Source of the DNA: an uncultured Rhodobacterales bacterium
GTDB lineage: Bacteria > Pseudomonadota > Alphaproteobacteria > Rhodobacterales > Rhodobacteraceae
Direction of reading: 5' to 3'
Assembly: GCA_964476515.1 (NCBI GenBank)
Contig: CAYZAY010000005.1
Coordinates: 1-53,627, forward strand
DNA: 53,627 bases
The notes beneath the pieces were generated by a model. It searched no databases, had not been told where the DNA came from, and was given only the letters and a program-made list of their open reading frames with translations. Below, in pieces: positions 30,212 to 39,003 of the stretch. A program made the translations under genes and the position numbers. Positions within the stretch are counted from its first letter, which is position 1. Every line of letters starts with the position of its first letter.

Positions 30212-31612
30212 CTATTTCCAACGGCCAAAGGCAAGCGTTGTGACGGTGACATTATCGCCTGATACAAAGTCGGTTTGTCCCGCTGCGCGCATCAATCTGA
30301 ACTGGGCGCTGGAGCTTGTGGCACCTTCGATTGTCGCGGTTGAGATCGCGTCAACATCGGGCGTGGCTGAGGTGAGAAGCGAATAGAATTCGACGTTGCA
30401 AAACACCTTTGCAGGCGAAACAAATGATGCGGGGAAGGTCCAGCTGCCGTACAGCTCTCTGGCCCAGATGTAGCTTAACGATACCTCGTGCCAGCAGAAT
30501 TGCGTGCCATCCGCAAGGCGGGTGTAGTCCCCGTTTGCGTTGGTTCCGCGCTCGAACAGGGGAGCTGAATCTGTGGAAGACAGGTTGCCGGTGTAGTGGT
30601 TCGACGTTGCGACCTGTTGCCAGTTTTGCCATGCTCCATTGCCGCGGGTGCGATAGAATATCGACCCGTCGTCTTCGACCATAACAAGCTGCGTTTCACC
30701 ACCCACGCTTGAGCGGCGCGAATGCATAAGGTGTTGTAGCCCTGACGCGAGGGGCGCCCCGACGGTTGAGCCGTTAACTTGATACATACCAGGGGCAATC
30801 GAATTGTCGGTCACGCTGATGTCAGACAGCAATGCACCCGGCGCGCCTAGCCCGAAGGCTCCGACCTTCATCAGCCGATCCGAAGTTGCGTCGATTAGGT
30901 TTGACTGCACAGCATTACCGGTCACAGGCGTGTCGATTTGCAGCGCGGTGTGTGATACCGAGACCGTGGTCGTGCCCGCAGGCGCAATTGTCAGGGTCTG
31001 GGCGTTCGGGTCGATTTTGAAGGGCGCATACCAGCTACTTCCGTTCGGACTGACCTTGACAGAAAAGCTCGTATCGCCCGACAGACCCATTTCCGCGTGG
31101 CCCGCCCATCCGGATTGGAACAGAAGCGATGCGGTATCACCGGCGCTTGCCTTGTTGATCTTTAGTTGGTGGCCGTTGCCTGCGTTATTCAAAAGGGTCG
31201 CGTCGCTGGAAACGGATAGCCGGTTGGTTGCGTCGCCGGTCGTGTTGACCCCCAACATATCGACCGAGTCCAACGATGGGATCGCAGGGTTCCACGCGGT
31301 GCCGTCCCATACCCTCAGTTCGTCATTCCCCCAAGCGCGCCAACCCGTAAGCGGAGGAATGAAAAGCCAGCCGCTACCTGTATAAAAAGCGATATCGTTG
31401 GGGTTAGATGCCCACGCCCCTGTCGGCGACGCACCCAGCGCGTGGGTTTCGCCATCCACTGGTAGCGATGGGGGCGTGGTTGCATCAAAGCTCGACACGA
31501 CAAGCTGGGTTAGCACGTCTAACTTTTCGACGGCCTCGTTGTGCGTGACGTGTTTTTGGGCCTGCGCCGGTTGAATATAAGGGAGCCCCAGTTTGGGAGA
31601 AGTTTCTGACAT
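30212..31612 (-). CDS. DUF2793-type phage/GTA tail-fibre-like protein
   Basis: N-terminus 'LGLPYIQPAQAQKHVTHNEAVEKLD' and 'GAWASNPNDIAFYTGSGWLFIPPLTGWRAW...VWDGTAW' match the DUF2793 pattern. The rest is Ser/Thr/Gly/Asn-rich and beta-like, typical of fibres. Confidence 0.7.
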   Translation of the reverse strand: MSETSPKLGLPYIQPAQAQKHVTHNEAVEKLDVLTQLVVSSFDATTPPSLPVDGETHALGASPTGAWASNPNDIAFYTGSGWLFIPPLTGWRAWGNDELRVWDGTAWNPAIPSLDSVDMLGVNTTGDATNRLSVSSDATLLNNAGNGHQLKINKASAGDTASLLFQSGWAGHAEMGLSGDTSFSVKVSPNGSSWYAPFKIDPNAQTLTIAPAGTTTVSVSHTALQIDTPVTGNAVQSNLIDATSDRLMKVGAFGLGAPGALLSDISVTDNSIAPGMYQVNGSTVGAPLASGLQHLMHSRRSSVGGETQLVMVEDDGSIFYRTRGNGAWQNWQQVATSNHYTGNLSSTDSAPLFERGTNANGDYTRLADGTQFCWHEVSLSYIWARELYGSWTFPASFVSPAKVFCNVEFYSLLTSATPDVDAISTATIEGATSSSAQFRLMRAAGQTDFVSGDNVTVTTLAFGRWK

Positions 31613-31907
31613 TTTACGATCCTGACAGCCTGCGATTTGGCCAGACAGCTCCAGTCACAGGTTAAAAGTTTTCCTGTGCGGCGCACTCGTTGTTAACCAA
31701 TCGTAAGCCCCCAAAAACAGGCGAAACGTTGATTCAATTGCCCAACAAATGAGTCGCTTTCAGTCATGATTGCGCAAACCTCAGCCGCCAGCCTACGGAT
31801 GGCGTGAGACGTATGGCGATTTGGGCGGGCTTAGATACTGAATTGGGAGTGTTTACAGGCACATGGTCGGGTGTCGGCGCGCATCGGCGGGTGACGTATG
31901 ACCTGCT

Positions 31908-32369
31908 TTAAACATCCATCAGGATGACAAGCTCATCATCGACGACTGCACCCGTTTGGCGAAAACCAAGAGCTTCATAAAACGCCATGTTTGAGTTTTC
32001 GGACTGCACAACCGAAGACGCGAGTCTGGGCAACCCCCATTCTTGGGCGATCCGGATGCATTCCTGAATGGCAAAACGGCCGTAGCCTTTGCCCTGTTGA
32101 TCCGCGGCGATCATCAACCGCCAAAGATAGGCGGCCTGAGGGTCGTCATCAGGCTCTAAAAAGGGATAAACCTGCGGATGGATCATGGCGATCAACCCAA
32201 CGGGCTGTTCGCCATCCCATATTCCCCAAACATAGCTACCCGGTTGTTCGTAAGCCGACTGGGCCAGCGTGACCGCGTTCGGCGCCACAAGGTTTTCTTG
32301 ATCTTCCCGAACCTTAAGTTTCAGAAGTTGATCAAGATTTCCCCGATTGGCGCCGCGCAGTTCGGGCAT
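31908..32369 (-). CDS. GNAT family N-acetyltransferase
   Basis: Acetyl-CoA motif 'QQGKGYGRFAIQECIRIAQEWG'. Its ATG overlaps the argG stop by 1 nt (TAATG). Confidence 0.85.
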   Translation of the reverse strand: MPELRGANRGNLDQLLKLKVREDQENLVAPNAVTLAQSAYEQPGSYVWGIWDGEQPVGLIAMIHPQVYPFLEPDDDPQAAYLWRLMIAADQQGKGYGRFAIQECIRIAQEWGLPRLASSVVQSENSNMAFYEALGFRQTGAVVDDELVILMDV

Positions 32370-33592
32370 TACTTAACCCGACGGTTCCGCGCAGCCAGAA
32401 GCTTTAGGCGAAGCGCGTTCAACTGTATGAAGCCTGCTGCGTCTTTTTGGTCGTACGCACCGGCGTCTTCTTCAAAGGTCACGTGCGCTTCGGAATAAAG
32501 CGAATGCTCAGACGCGCGCGCCACTGTAACGGCAGACCCTTTGTAAAGCTTCAGGGTCACGGTTCCGGTCACATGTTCCTGCGACTTGTCGATAGCGGCC
32601 TGCAGCATTTCACGCTCTGGCGAATACCAGAAGCCGTTGTAAATCAGCTCGGCATAACGTGGCATCAGGCTGTCTTTCAGATGACCTGCACCACTGTCCA
32701 AAGTGATCTGTTCGATCCCACGGTGTGCTTCCAACAGAATAGTCCCGCCAGGTGTTTCGTAAACACCACGCGACTTCATGCCAACAAAACGGTTCTCAAC
32801 AAAGTCGAGACGGCCGATGCCATGCTTGCGGCCATATTCGTTCAGTTCAGTCAGAATGGTTGCCGGCGACATTGCAACGCCATTGATCGAAACGGCATCG
32901 CCCTTTTCGAAGCCAACGGTGATTTCTTCAGGGGTGTCCGGCGCATCTTCCGGTGAAACGGTCCGCTGATAGACATATTCCGGCGCCTGATCAGCAGGGT
33001 CTTCCAGAACTTTGCCTTCGGACGAAGTATGCAGCAGGTTCGCATCGACAGAAAACGGCGCTTCGCCACGCTTGTCTTTGGCAATCGGAATTTGGTTCTG
33101 CTCGGCGAACTCAAGAAGCTTGGTGCGCGAGGTCAGATCCCATTCACGCCAAGGCGCGATCACTTTGATTTCAGGGTTTAGCGCATAGGCGGCCAGTTCA
33201 AAACGAACCTGATCGTTGCCTTTGCCGGTCGCGCCGTGGGCGACAGCGTCAGCACCAGTGGCTTCGGCAATTTCAACCAGACGCTTGGAAATCAAAGGCC
33301 GCGCGATCGAGGTGCCCAGCAGGTAAAGACCTTCGTAAACCGCATTGGCACGGAACATCGGGAAGACGAAATCGCGAACGAACTCTTCGCGGATGTCTTC
33401 AATGTAGATGTTCTCGGACGGGATCCCCAGCATTTCTGCCTTGGCGCGGGCCGGCTCAAGCTCTTCGCCCTGACCCAGGTCGGCGGTGAAGGTAACCACT
33501 TCGCAACCATACTCGGTTTGCAGCCACTTCAGAATGATCGAGGTATCAAGGCCACCGGAATAGGCCAGTACAACTTTTTTAGGCGCGGACAT
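32369..33592 (-). CDS. argG: Argininosuccinate synthase
   Basis: '[13 protein letters not shown]' and '[13 protein letters not shown]' signatures, 407 aa. Confidence 0.95.
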   Translation of the reverse strand: MSAPKKVVLAYSGGLDTSIILKWLQTEYGCEVVTFTADLGQGEELEPARAKAEMLGIPSENIYIEDIREEFVRDFVFPMFRANAVYEGLYLLGTSIARPLISKRLVEIAEATGADAVAHGATGKGNDQVRFELAAYALNPEIKVIAPWREWDLTSRTKLLEFAEQNQIPIAKDKRGEAPFSVDANLLHTSSEGKVLEDPADQAPEYVYQRTVSPEDAPDTPEEITVGFEKGDAVSINGVAMSPATILTELNEYGRKHGIGRLDFVENRFVGMKSRGVYETPGGTILLEAHRGIEQITLDSGAGHLKDSLMPRYAELIYNGFWYSPEREMLQAAIDKSQEHVTGTVTLKLYKGSAVTVARASEHSLYSEAHVTFEEDAGAYDQKDAAGFIQLNALRLKLLAARNRRVK

Positions 33593-33731
33593 GGGGATTC
33601 TCTTTGTTTTAAACGTGTTCAGGGGCCGATAACGGGTTTTCAGCGCAGGGGCAAGATTTGCGGCTTAATCAGGGTTGAGCGAATGCAATTTCACGCTAAG
33701 CTTAGGGAAAGTTTTTTAGGAGAGTACGATT

Positions 33732-34493
33732 ATGCAAAGCTGGGCAATACTAAGCCATTCGATAAAAATGGTTGTTAATAACTTCGGTGTGGCGTTGCGT
33801 ATGTCAACCCCACTGATCGGAGCAATGGTCTTGTCGCTTATTCTTTTCGGACAAGAGGTGTTTGGCGGTTCAACATATTACAGCATGGAGATCGACCCGC
33901 TCTACGATCCAGTGAACGAGGTCAACGTTGGCCTTGCCACCCTCATACAAGCAATCGCGGCTTTATGGGTCGCGGTCGCGTGGCATCGCTATATCCTGCT
34001 TGAAGAAAAACCAGACGGTCTGCTTCCAGCCCTTCATGGTGGGCGTGTCCTGGCCTACTTTGGCTGGGGCCTTTTGCTGATGGTCGTAATAGTCGTAATC
34101 ATTCTAGTTGCTACGGTCATCGGTGGAGTATTAAACTCACTTGGGGGGTTTGGCGCTCTATTGGGCGTAGTGTTGATCGCAGTGGCCGCCTTGGTCGTCT
34201 TTTACTTTGCGGCCCGCGTCTATGTGATCTTACCCAGCGCAGCAATTGGCCGAACGCTAAGCTTTTCGCAAGCTTGGGAAGTAACGCGCGGTTACGGCGG
34301 GTCGATCATTTTCGCCTACATTTTGTTCATGCTCATTGCGATTGTTTCCAGCCTGATCGTAGGCGTGATTTCGGCATTTTCGGGTTTGATCGGCACGTTG
34401 CTGATGATGGCGCTGAACTTAATCCTAATCCTGATCGGGATGAGTTTTTTGACGACGATCTATGGAGTTACCGTCGAAAACCGAGACCTCTAA
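33732..34493 (+). CDS. Polytopic membrane protein, unknown function
   Basis: About 5-6 hydrophobic segments. I recognise no catalytic motif. Confidence 0.6.
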   Translation: MQSWAILSHSIKMVVNNFGVALRMSTPLIGAMVLSLILFGQEVFGGSTYYSMEIDPLYDPVNEVNVGLATLIQAIAALWVAVAWHRYILLEEKPDGLLPALHGGRVLAYFGWGLLLMVVIVVIILVATVIGGVLNSLGGFGALLGVVLIAVAALVVFYFAARVYVILPSAAIGRTLSFSQAWEVTRGYGGSIIFAYILFMLIAIVSSLIVGVISAFSGLIGTLLMMALNLILILIGMSFLTTIYGVTVENRDL

Positions 34494-34497
34494 AAAG

Positions 34498-34523
34498 AAA
34501 GGCGGCCGAGGGAGGCCGCCTTT
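34498..34523. terminator. Bidirectional intrinsic terminator between convergent genes
   Basis: A perfect 10-bp stem aaaggcggcc/ggccgccttt with a 6-nt loop, flanked by an A-run (5') and a T-run (3'). Confidence 0.75.
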
Positions 34524-34541
34524 GCCAGATGGTATTGAAAA

Positions 34542-35312
34542 TCAGTTCAGATATGCATCGATGTGCCTCTGGAACAATGCCAACATTTCGTCCGTGATGT
34601 CATCCAACGTAAAGTCCGTCTGACCCGATGCATGCATCGCTTCGACAAAGGCTTGTAGCAAGTCTTCCTCGGTTGTGCCTTCGAATGCATCTGCGACAGC
34701 CTGAAGTGCGTCACCAAGTTCGGCACCCTTTTGGATGACGATTTCAACAGTGATGATGGCATCACTCAGGGACGCAACCAGTTCGTTATACGCGTCGATT
34801 TCTTCTTGCGTTGCTGTTTCAGGGTCGGGCGCTGTCAGCCCGCCAAGCTGGCTTTGCAGGTCAGCTAGGTCTGTCTCAGGATCCCCAGTCAGCTCCAACG
34901 CCGTATAATTCGCGTTGACAGCATCAAATTCACCCTGAGCAATCGCTAGCAAGTCCTCGGCATCAACCAGCGCTTCGTTTGCCATTAGGTAGTCGCGAAA
35001 CCCTGCAACTTTTGGGTCGCTGCTATTCATCAATCCGTTGATGTTGCGCTTCAGAGAATTCAAACCCTTCATCGCGCTGGCCTGTTTGCCGGCTGAGTCA
35101 CCAGATTGGCCGGTGCTTTCTGGTTTGCCGGTAGTTTCAGGTTTGCCCTTATCTCCAGGCTTTCCGCCTTTGTCCGACTTGCCTTTACCTTCGGCTTTCC
35201 CCGCGGCGAGCGCCGTATCGGCCGAAATTAGAACCGTTGCTGTGGCTATTGCGGTCATCGGTAGACTTGAGACAGCCATGACGGCGAGCGATTTTGATAA
35301 GATCTTTTTCAT
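34542..35312 (-). CDS. Secreted protein with Lys/Gly/Pro-rich low-complexity linker, unknown function
   Basis: Signal peptide 'MKKILSKSLAVMAVSSLPMTAIATATVLISADTALA', then 'GKAEGKGKSDKGGKPGDKGKPETTGKPESTGQSGDSAGK', then an acidic helical C-terminal domain. Confidence 0.6.
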   Translation of the reverse strand: MKKILSKSLAVMAVSSLPMTAIATATVLISADTALAAGKAEGKGKSDKGGKPGDKGKPETTGKPESTGQSGDSAGKQASAMKGLNSLKRNINGLMNSSDPKVAGFRDYLMANEALVDAEDLLAIAQGEFDAVNANYTALELTGDPETDLADLQSQLGGLTAPDPETATQEEIDAYNELVASLSDAIITVEIVIQKGAELGDALQAVADAFEGTTEEDLLQAFVEAMHASGQTDFTLDDITDEMLALFQRHIDAYLN

Positions 35313-35368
35313 GCGGACTTCCCCTAAGAATTATACGCCAAGTATTTCGAGGTGAATTCTGGCGATAT

Positions 35369-35384
35369 TGTGAAATCTATCACA
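35369..35384. promoter_or_regulatory. CRP/FNR-family-type operator candidate TGTGA-N6-TCACA
   Basis: The perfect palindrome 'tgtgaaatctatcaca' lies in the divergent gap between the 34542-35312 gene and ilvA. Confidence 0.35.
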
Positions 35385-35527
35385 TTGACTGTCGCCGATA
35401 TTCAATATCGCAACAATAAACCGAGGGTATAAAGACTGGGAACCATACCGCTACATTCGCAGATTCCGCGCGTAGCGAAAGAATACATTGGTATTCCTTG
35501 CCTTGGCTGCGCACATAAGGCACTCAG

Positions 35528-36772
35528 ATGCTTATGACTGAGTTTCACGACAACGCCATCGTCGCTGTGCACCATATGCGCAGCATGTTTCCTGCAACGC
35601 CATTGCAGAAAAACGCCCATTTATCTGAAAAGTTCGATGCCGAGGTTTGGCTTAAACGCGAAGACCTGACCCCCGTGCGCAGCTACAAACTTCGCGGGGC
35701 TTTCAATGCCATGCGCAAGGCACTGGCCGAACATCCGGACACAAAGCTGTTCGTATGCGCCAGCGCTGGGAACCATGCTCAGGGTGTTGCGTTCAACTGT
35801 CAGTATTTCGGTGTGACGGGCGTGATTTTTATGCCGGTGACGACGCCGCAGCAGAAAATCTTGAAAACGAAGATATTCGGCGGTGATTGGGTCGAAATTC
35901 GGCTGGTTGGCGATTATTTCGACGACACGCTTGCAGCGGCTCAGGCATACTGCGCAACCGAGGGTGGGCACTTCCTTGCCCCGTTTGATGACGACGATGT
36001 GATCGAAGGTCAGGCCAGCGTTGCGGTTGAAATTGTCGAACAGCTCGGCAAGGTGCCGGACCACATTGTTTTACCCGTTGGCGGTGGCGGTCTTTCTGCT
36101 GGCGTCACGCAATATCTTGGCGATCGCGCCAAATACACGTTTGTCGAACCCGAAGGCGGCGCCAGTCTTAAAGCTGCGCTGGAAGCGGGCGAACCCGTAA
36201 GGCTTGATCGTATAGACACATTCGTTGATGGCGCAGCGGTGGCCCGTATTGGGTCGAAAACGTTCGAAAAACTTAAAGGTTTCAGCGGGAATATTGTCGA
36301 AATCGCCCCCGAGGACCGGATTTGCGCAACGATGATCGAAATGCTGAATATCGAAGGCATCGTTCTTGAACCCGCAGGCGCGCTTTCGGTCGACGCTCTC
36401 GGCAGCATCAAGGATCAGATCAAAGGCAAAACCGTTGTTTGCGTGACCTCAGGCGGAAATTTTGATTTTGAACGGCTTCCCGAGGTGAAAGAACGTGCGC
36501 AAAGATATTCGGGCGTTAAAAAATATTTCATCCTTCGCCTTCCACAACGGCCGGGTGCGCTAAAGGAATTCCTGGGGATTCTTGGCCCGCACGACGACAT
36601 CGCACGATTTGAGTACCTTAAGAAATCGGCCCGCAACTTTGGTTCTGTTCTGATTGGTATCGAAACCACAACGCCCGAGGATTTTGACGTGCTATTCGCC
36701 AAATTAGATGCGGCTGGGTTTACGTATAATGACATCACCAATGACGAAACACTGGCCCAGTTTGTGATCTGA
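35528..36772 (+). CDS. ilvA: Threonine ammonia-lyase (threonine dehydratase, single ACT-like domain)
   Basis: PLP region 'REDLTPVRSYKLRGAFN', 'ASAGNHAQGVA', 'GGGGLSAG', and a C-terminal regulatory domain. Confidence 0.9.
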   Translation: MLMTEFHDNAIVAVHHMRSMFPATPLQKNAHLSEKFDAEVWLKREDLTPVRSYKLRGAFNAMRKALAEHPDTKLFVCASAGNHAQGVAFNCQYFGVTGVIFMPVTTPQQKILKTKIFGGDWVEIRLVGDYFDDTLAAAQAYCATEGGHFLAPFDDDDVIEGQASVAVEIVEQLGKVPDHIVLPVGGGGLSAGVTQYLGDRAKYTFVEPEGGASLKAALEAGEPVRLDRIDTFVDGAAVARIGSKTFEKLKGFSGNIVEIAPEDRICATMIEMLNIEGIVLEPAGALSVDALGSIKDQIKGKTVVCVTSGGNFDFERLPEVKERAQRYSGVKKYFILRLPQRPGALKEFLGILGPHDDIARFEYLKKSARNFGSVLIGIETTTPEDFDVLFAKLDAAGFTYNDITNDETLAQFVI

Positions 36773-36776
36773 CGAG

Positions 36777-37088
36777 CTAATCGCAGTTCGGATATTTCAA
36801 AAGCAATTCGGAACTTTCTGCGGTGAACGCCGTCCGGATTGAGATGCAGTCAACAACGACGGCACCATCCTGCCTAAGCGCTTCTTCCCCCAGTCCGGCA
36901 AGGCGGGCAAGATCTCTAAAGCCAAGCGTCGATGCGCTTCCACGTAAAAAGTGCAGGTCGTCTTCTGTCGGTTTATCCATTGCCGACACAGCACCCCCCA
37001 CTTCGTTCAAGAACAGCGTAATAAGCTCCGGCAATTCATCCGCGCCGAGGTCATTTTCAAGTTGTGCAATACGCTGCCAATCAATCAT
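36777..37088 (-). CDS. Single-domain histidine phosphotransfer (Hpt) protein
   Basis: Hpt motif 'LHFLRGSASTLGF' with a candidate phospho-His. I chose the ATG at 37088 (MIDWQRIAQLE...). Confidence 0.75.
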   Translation of the reverse strand: MIDWQRIAQLENDLGADELPELITLFLNEVGGAVSAMDKPTEDDLHFLRGSASTLGFRDLARLAGLGEEALRQDGAVVVDCISIRTAFTAESSELLLKYPNCD

Positions 37089-37197
37089 GCGCCCAATCTG
37101 ACGAAAGAAAGTGAAGCGAATGCTAACCGCGACCCCAAAATTCATTAAATTTGTAACGTTCACATGCGCTTAACCCCTTCGCCCTACCAATCGTGAG

Positions 37198-38493
37198 ATG
37201 CAAGGATGGGAACCCATGGAACAGCCTAGATCGGAATATTCAGCTAGCCTTGAATCCCTACGGGCAAAACCCCTTCGGGCGCTCGTCGTGGAAGACAGCG
37301 TTCTTCAGCGGCGCATTCTGACATTGGCGCTTAAAAAGTGGGGGTTCGAAGTTATTGAGGCCGATTCAGGCATCGCGGCGCTGGAAATCTGCCAGACGTC
37401 GCCGCCGGATTTGGTGATCAGCGACTGGATGATGCCGGGCATGGACGGGATCGCCTTTTGCAAATAATTTCGCGCGATGGAAAGGGAAAGCTATGGCTAC
37501 TTCATCCTGCTCACATCAAAAAGCGACAAGGGCGAAGTTGCTAAAGGTCTCGATTGCGGGGCCGATGATTTTGTCACCAAACCGGTCAACCAAAACGAAC
37601 TGCGCGCAAGGATTTCTGCCGGTGAGCGGATCATTGGCATGGAGCGGCAGCTTCAAAAACAGAACAAAGTTATCGGCGATACCCTGGACGAGCTGACCGA
37701 GCTTCACGAAGTCATTGATCGCGACCCACAACAAGCACGGCAAATTCAACATAGCTTACTTCCGCCAAGGGAAACGGCGATTTCGGGCTCTAAGATCAGC
37801 AGTGGCCTAAAATCTTGCGGTCATGTTGGGGGTGATTTGGTCGGCATGTTTGATGCGGGCAATAACCAGATCGGCATGTTCAACATAGACGTCTCTGGCC
37901 ACGGCATTACGTCCGCGTTGATGACCGCCCGAATTAGCGGATACCTGTCAGATCGCTTTCTGGACCAAAACGTAGCGCTTAACCGCGATGAAAACGGCCG
38001 TCTCACCATTCGCGAACCAGCCAAGGTGGCGGCGATTTTGAACGAACGATTGCTGGCGGAAAACGGCATCGACCAATACTTTGCCATGGCATTCGCATCG
38101 GTTGATCTGGAAACAGGCAAAGCGAAAATAACTCAAGCCGGCCATCCGGAACCGGTCGTTGTTCGCGCGAATAATGACATCGAATTTCTTGGTGGCGGTG
38201 GTTTTCCAGTCGGTCTTATCGAGGACGCCCAATTCGATCAATTCGAAACCCAACTTCACCAAGGTGATCGGCTGCTGTTTTGTTCGGACGGGATAACCGA
38301 GGCGTCGCTTAGAAACGGGAAAGCCCTTGAGCAAAGCGGGTTGCGGGATCTTGTCAAAGACAAACTGCACCTGACGGGTCAGGACTTTCTTGACGCTTTA
38401 TATATCCATCTTAGGGACCACTTACCCCAAGGCGGGGCGCTGGACGATGACGTATCAGCAATCATGCTAGAACACCGATCACCCAATCCCTAG
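37198..38493 (+). pseudogene. Response regulator (REC) - PP2C/SpoIIE phosphatase, interrupted by an in-frame TAA at 37465-37467
   Basis: Track ORFs 37198-37467 and 37477-38493 are in the same frame. The REC domain reads straight through the stop: '...LVISDWMMPGMDGIAFCK*FRAMERESYGYFILLTSKSDK...DDFVTKP'. The PP2C motif 'GGDLVGMF...NIDVSGHGITSALM' follows. Confidence 0.7.
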
Positions 38494-38922
38494 TGCGCGC
38501 ATAAGAAAATGCCTGTCACCTTCATTCTGGATCAACGAAGGGGCCGTGTCGCTGGGCACGAAATGCGCGTAATGATCAGGCTCTACCGGTGGCCCCATCC
38601 TTGCAACCGGACGTGCCAGATAGACCGAACAAACCTTTTCGGCCCACAGGTCGTATTCCGGCATATAGGTAAACCTGCGAAACACACCCAACCGCTTCGG
38701 GGATGAGATTTTCCAACCGGTTTCTTCGAACACCTCTCGGTGAAGCGCCGCGATAGGGTGTTCGCCTGGGTCGATACCGCCACCTGGCAGCTGAAATTCA
38801 TCGTGCGGATGCGCCTGATAAGTCAGCAAAATCTGCCCATCTCTTTCAAGAACAGCATAGATGCCGGGCCGTCTGGTATACCTCTGTCTGAGAGACGGGG
38901 CCTCTCCAAATCTTGCGATCAC
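38479..38922 (-). CDS. NUDIX hydrolase
   Basis: Canonical Nudix box 'GGIDPGEHPIAALHREVFEETGW'. Confidence 0.85.
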   Translation of the reverse strand: MIARFGEAPSLRQRYTRRPGIYAVLERDGQILLTYQAHPHDEFQLPGGGIDPGEHPIAALHREVFEETGWKISSPKRLGVFRRFTYMPEYDLWAEKVCSVYLARPVARMGPPVEPDHYAHFVPSDTAPSLIQNEGDRHFLMRALGIG

Positions 38923-39003
38923 GTTTAGACTTCCTAAATCGAGCAGCGCTTGTGGACGCTTTTGTTAAAATGTATGGCAAGCCCAGTTTAATAAGGAAAC
39001 CCC

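Noticed and set aside
29481-31907. Considered whether the fibre module marks a prophage or genomic island.
   Set aside because: No integrase, tRNA, direct repeats, or capsid/terminase/portal genes are visible within 20 kb on either side, and I see no obvious compositional break by eye. I treat it as an isolated module.
37198-37467. An 89-aa ORF, considered as a stand-alone receiver protein.
   Set aside because: It ends after the beta3/alpha3 region of the REC fold. The remaining REC elements, including the conserved Lys ('VTKP'), are encoded in-frame after the TAA, so it is a fragment and not a complete domain.
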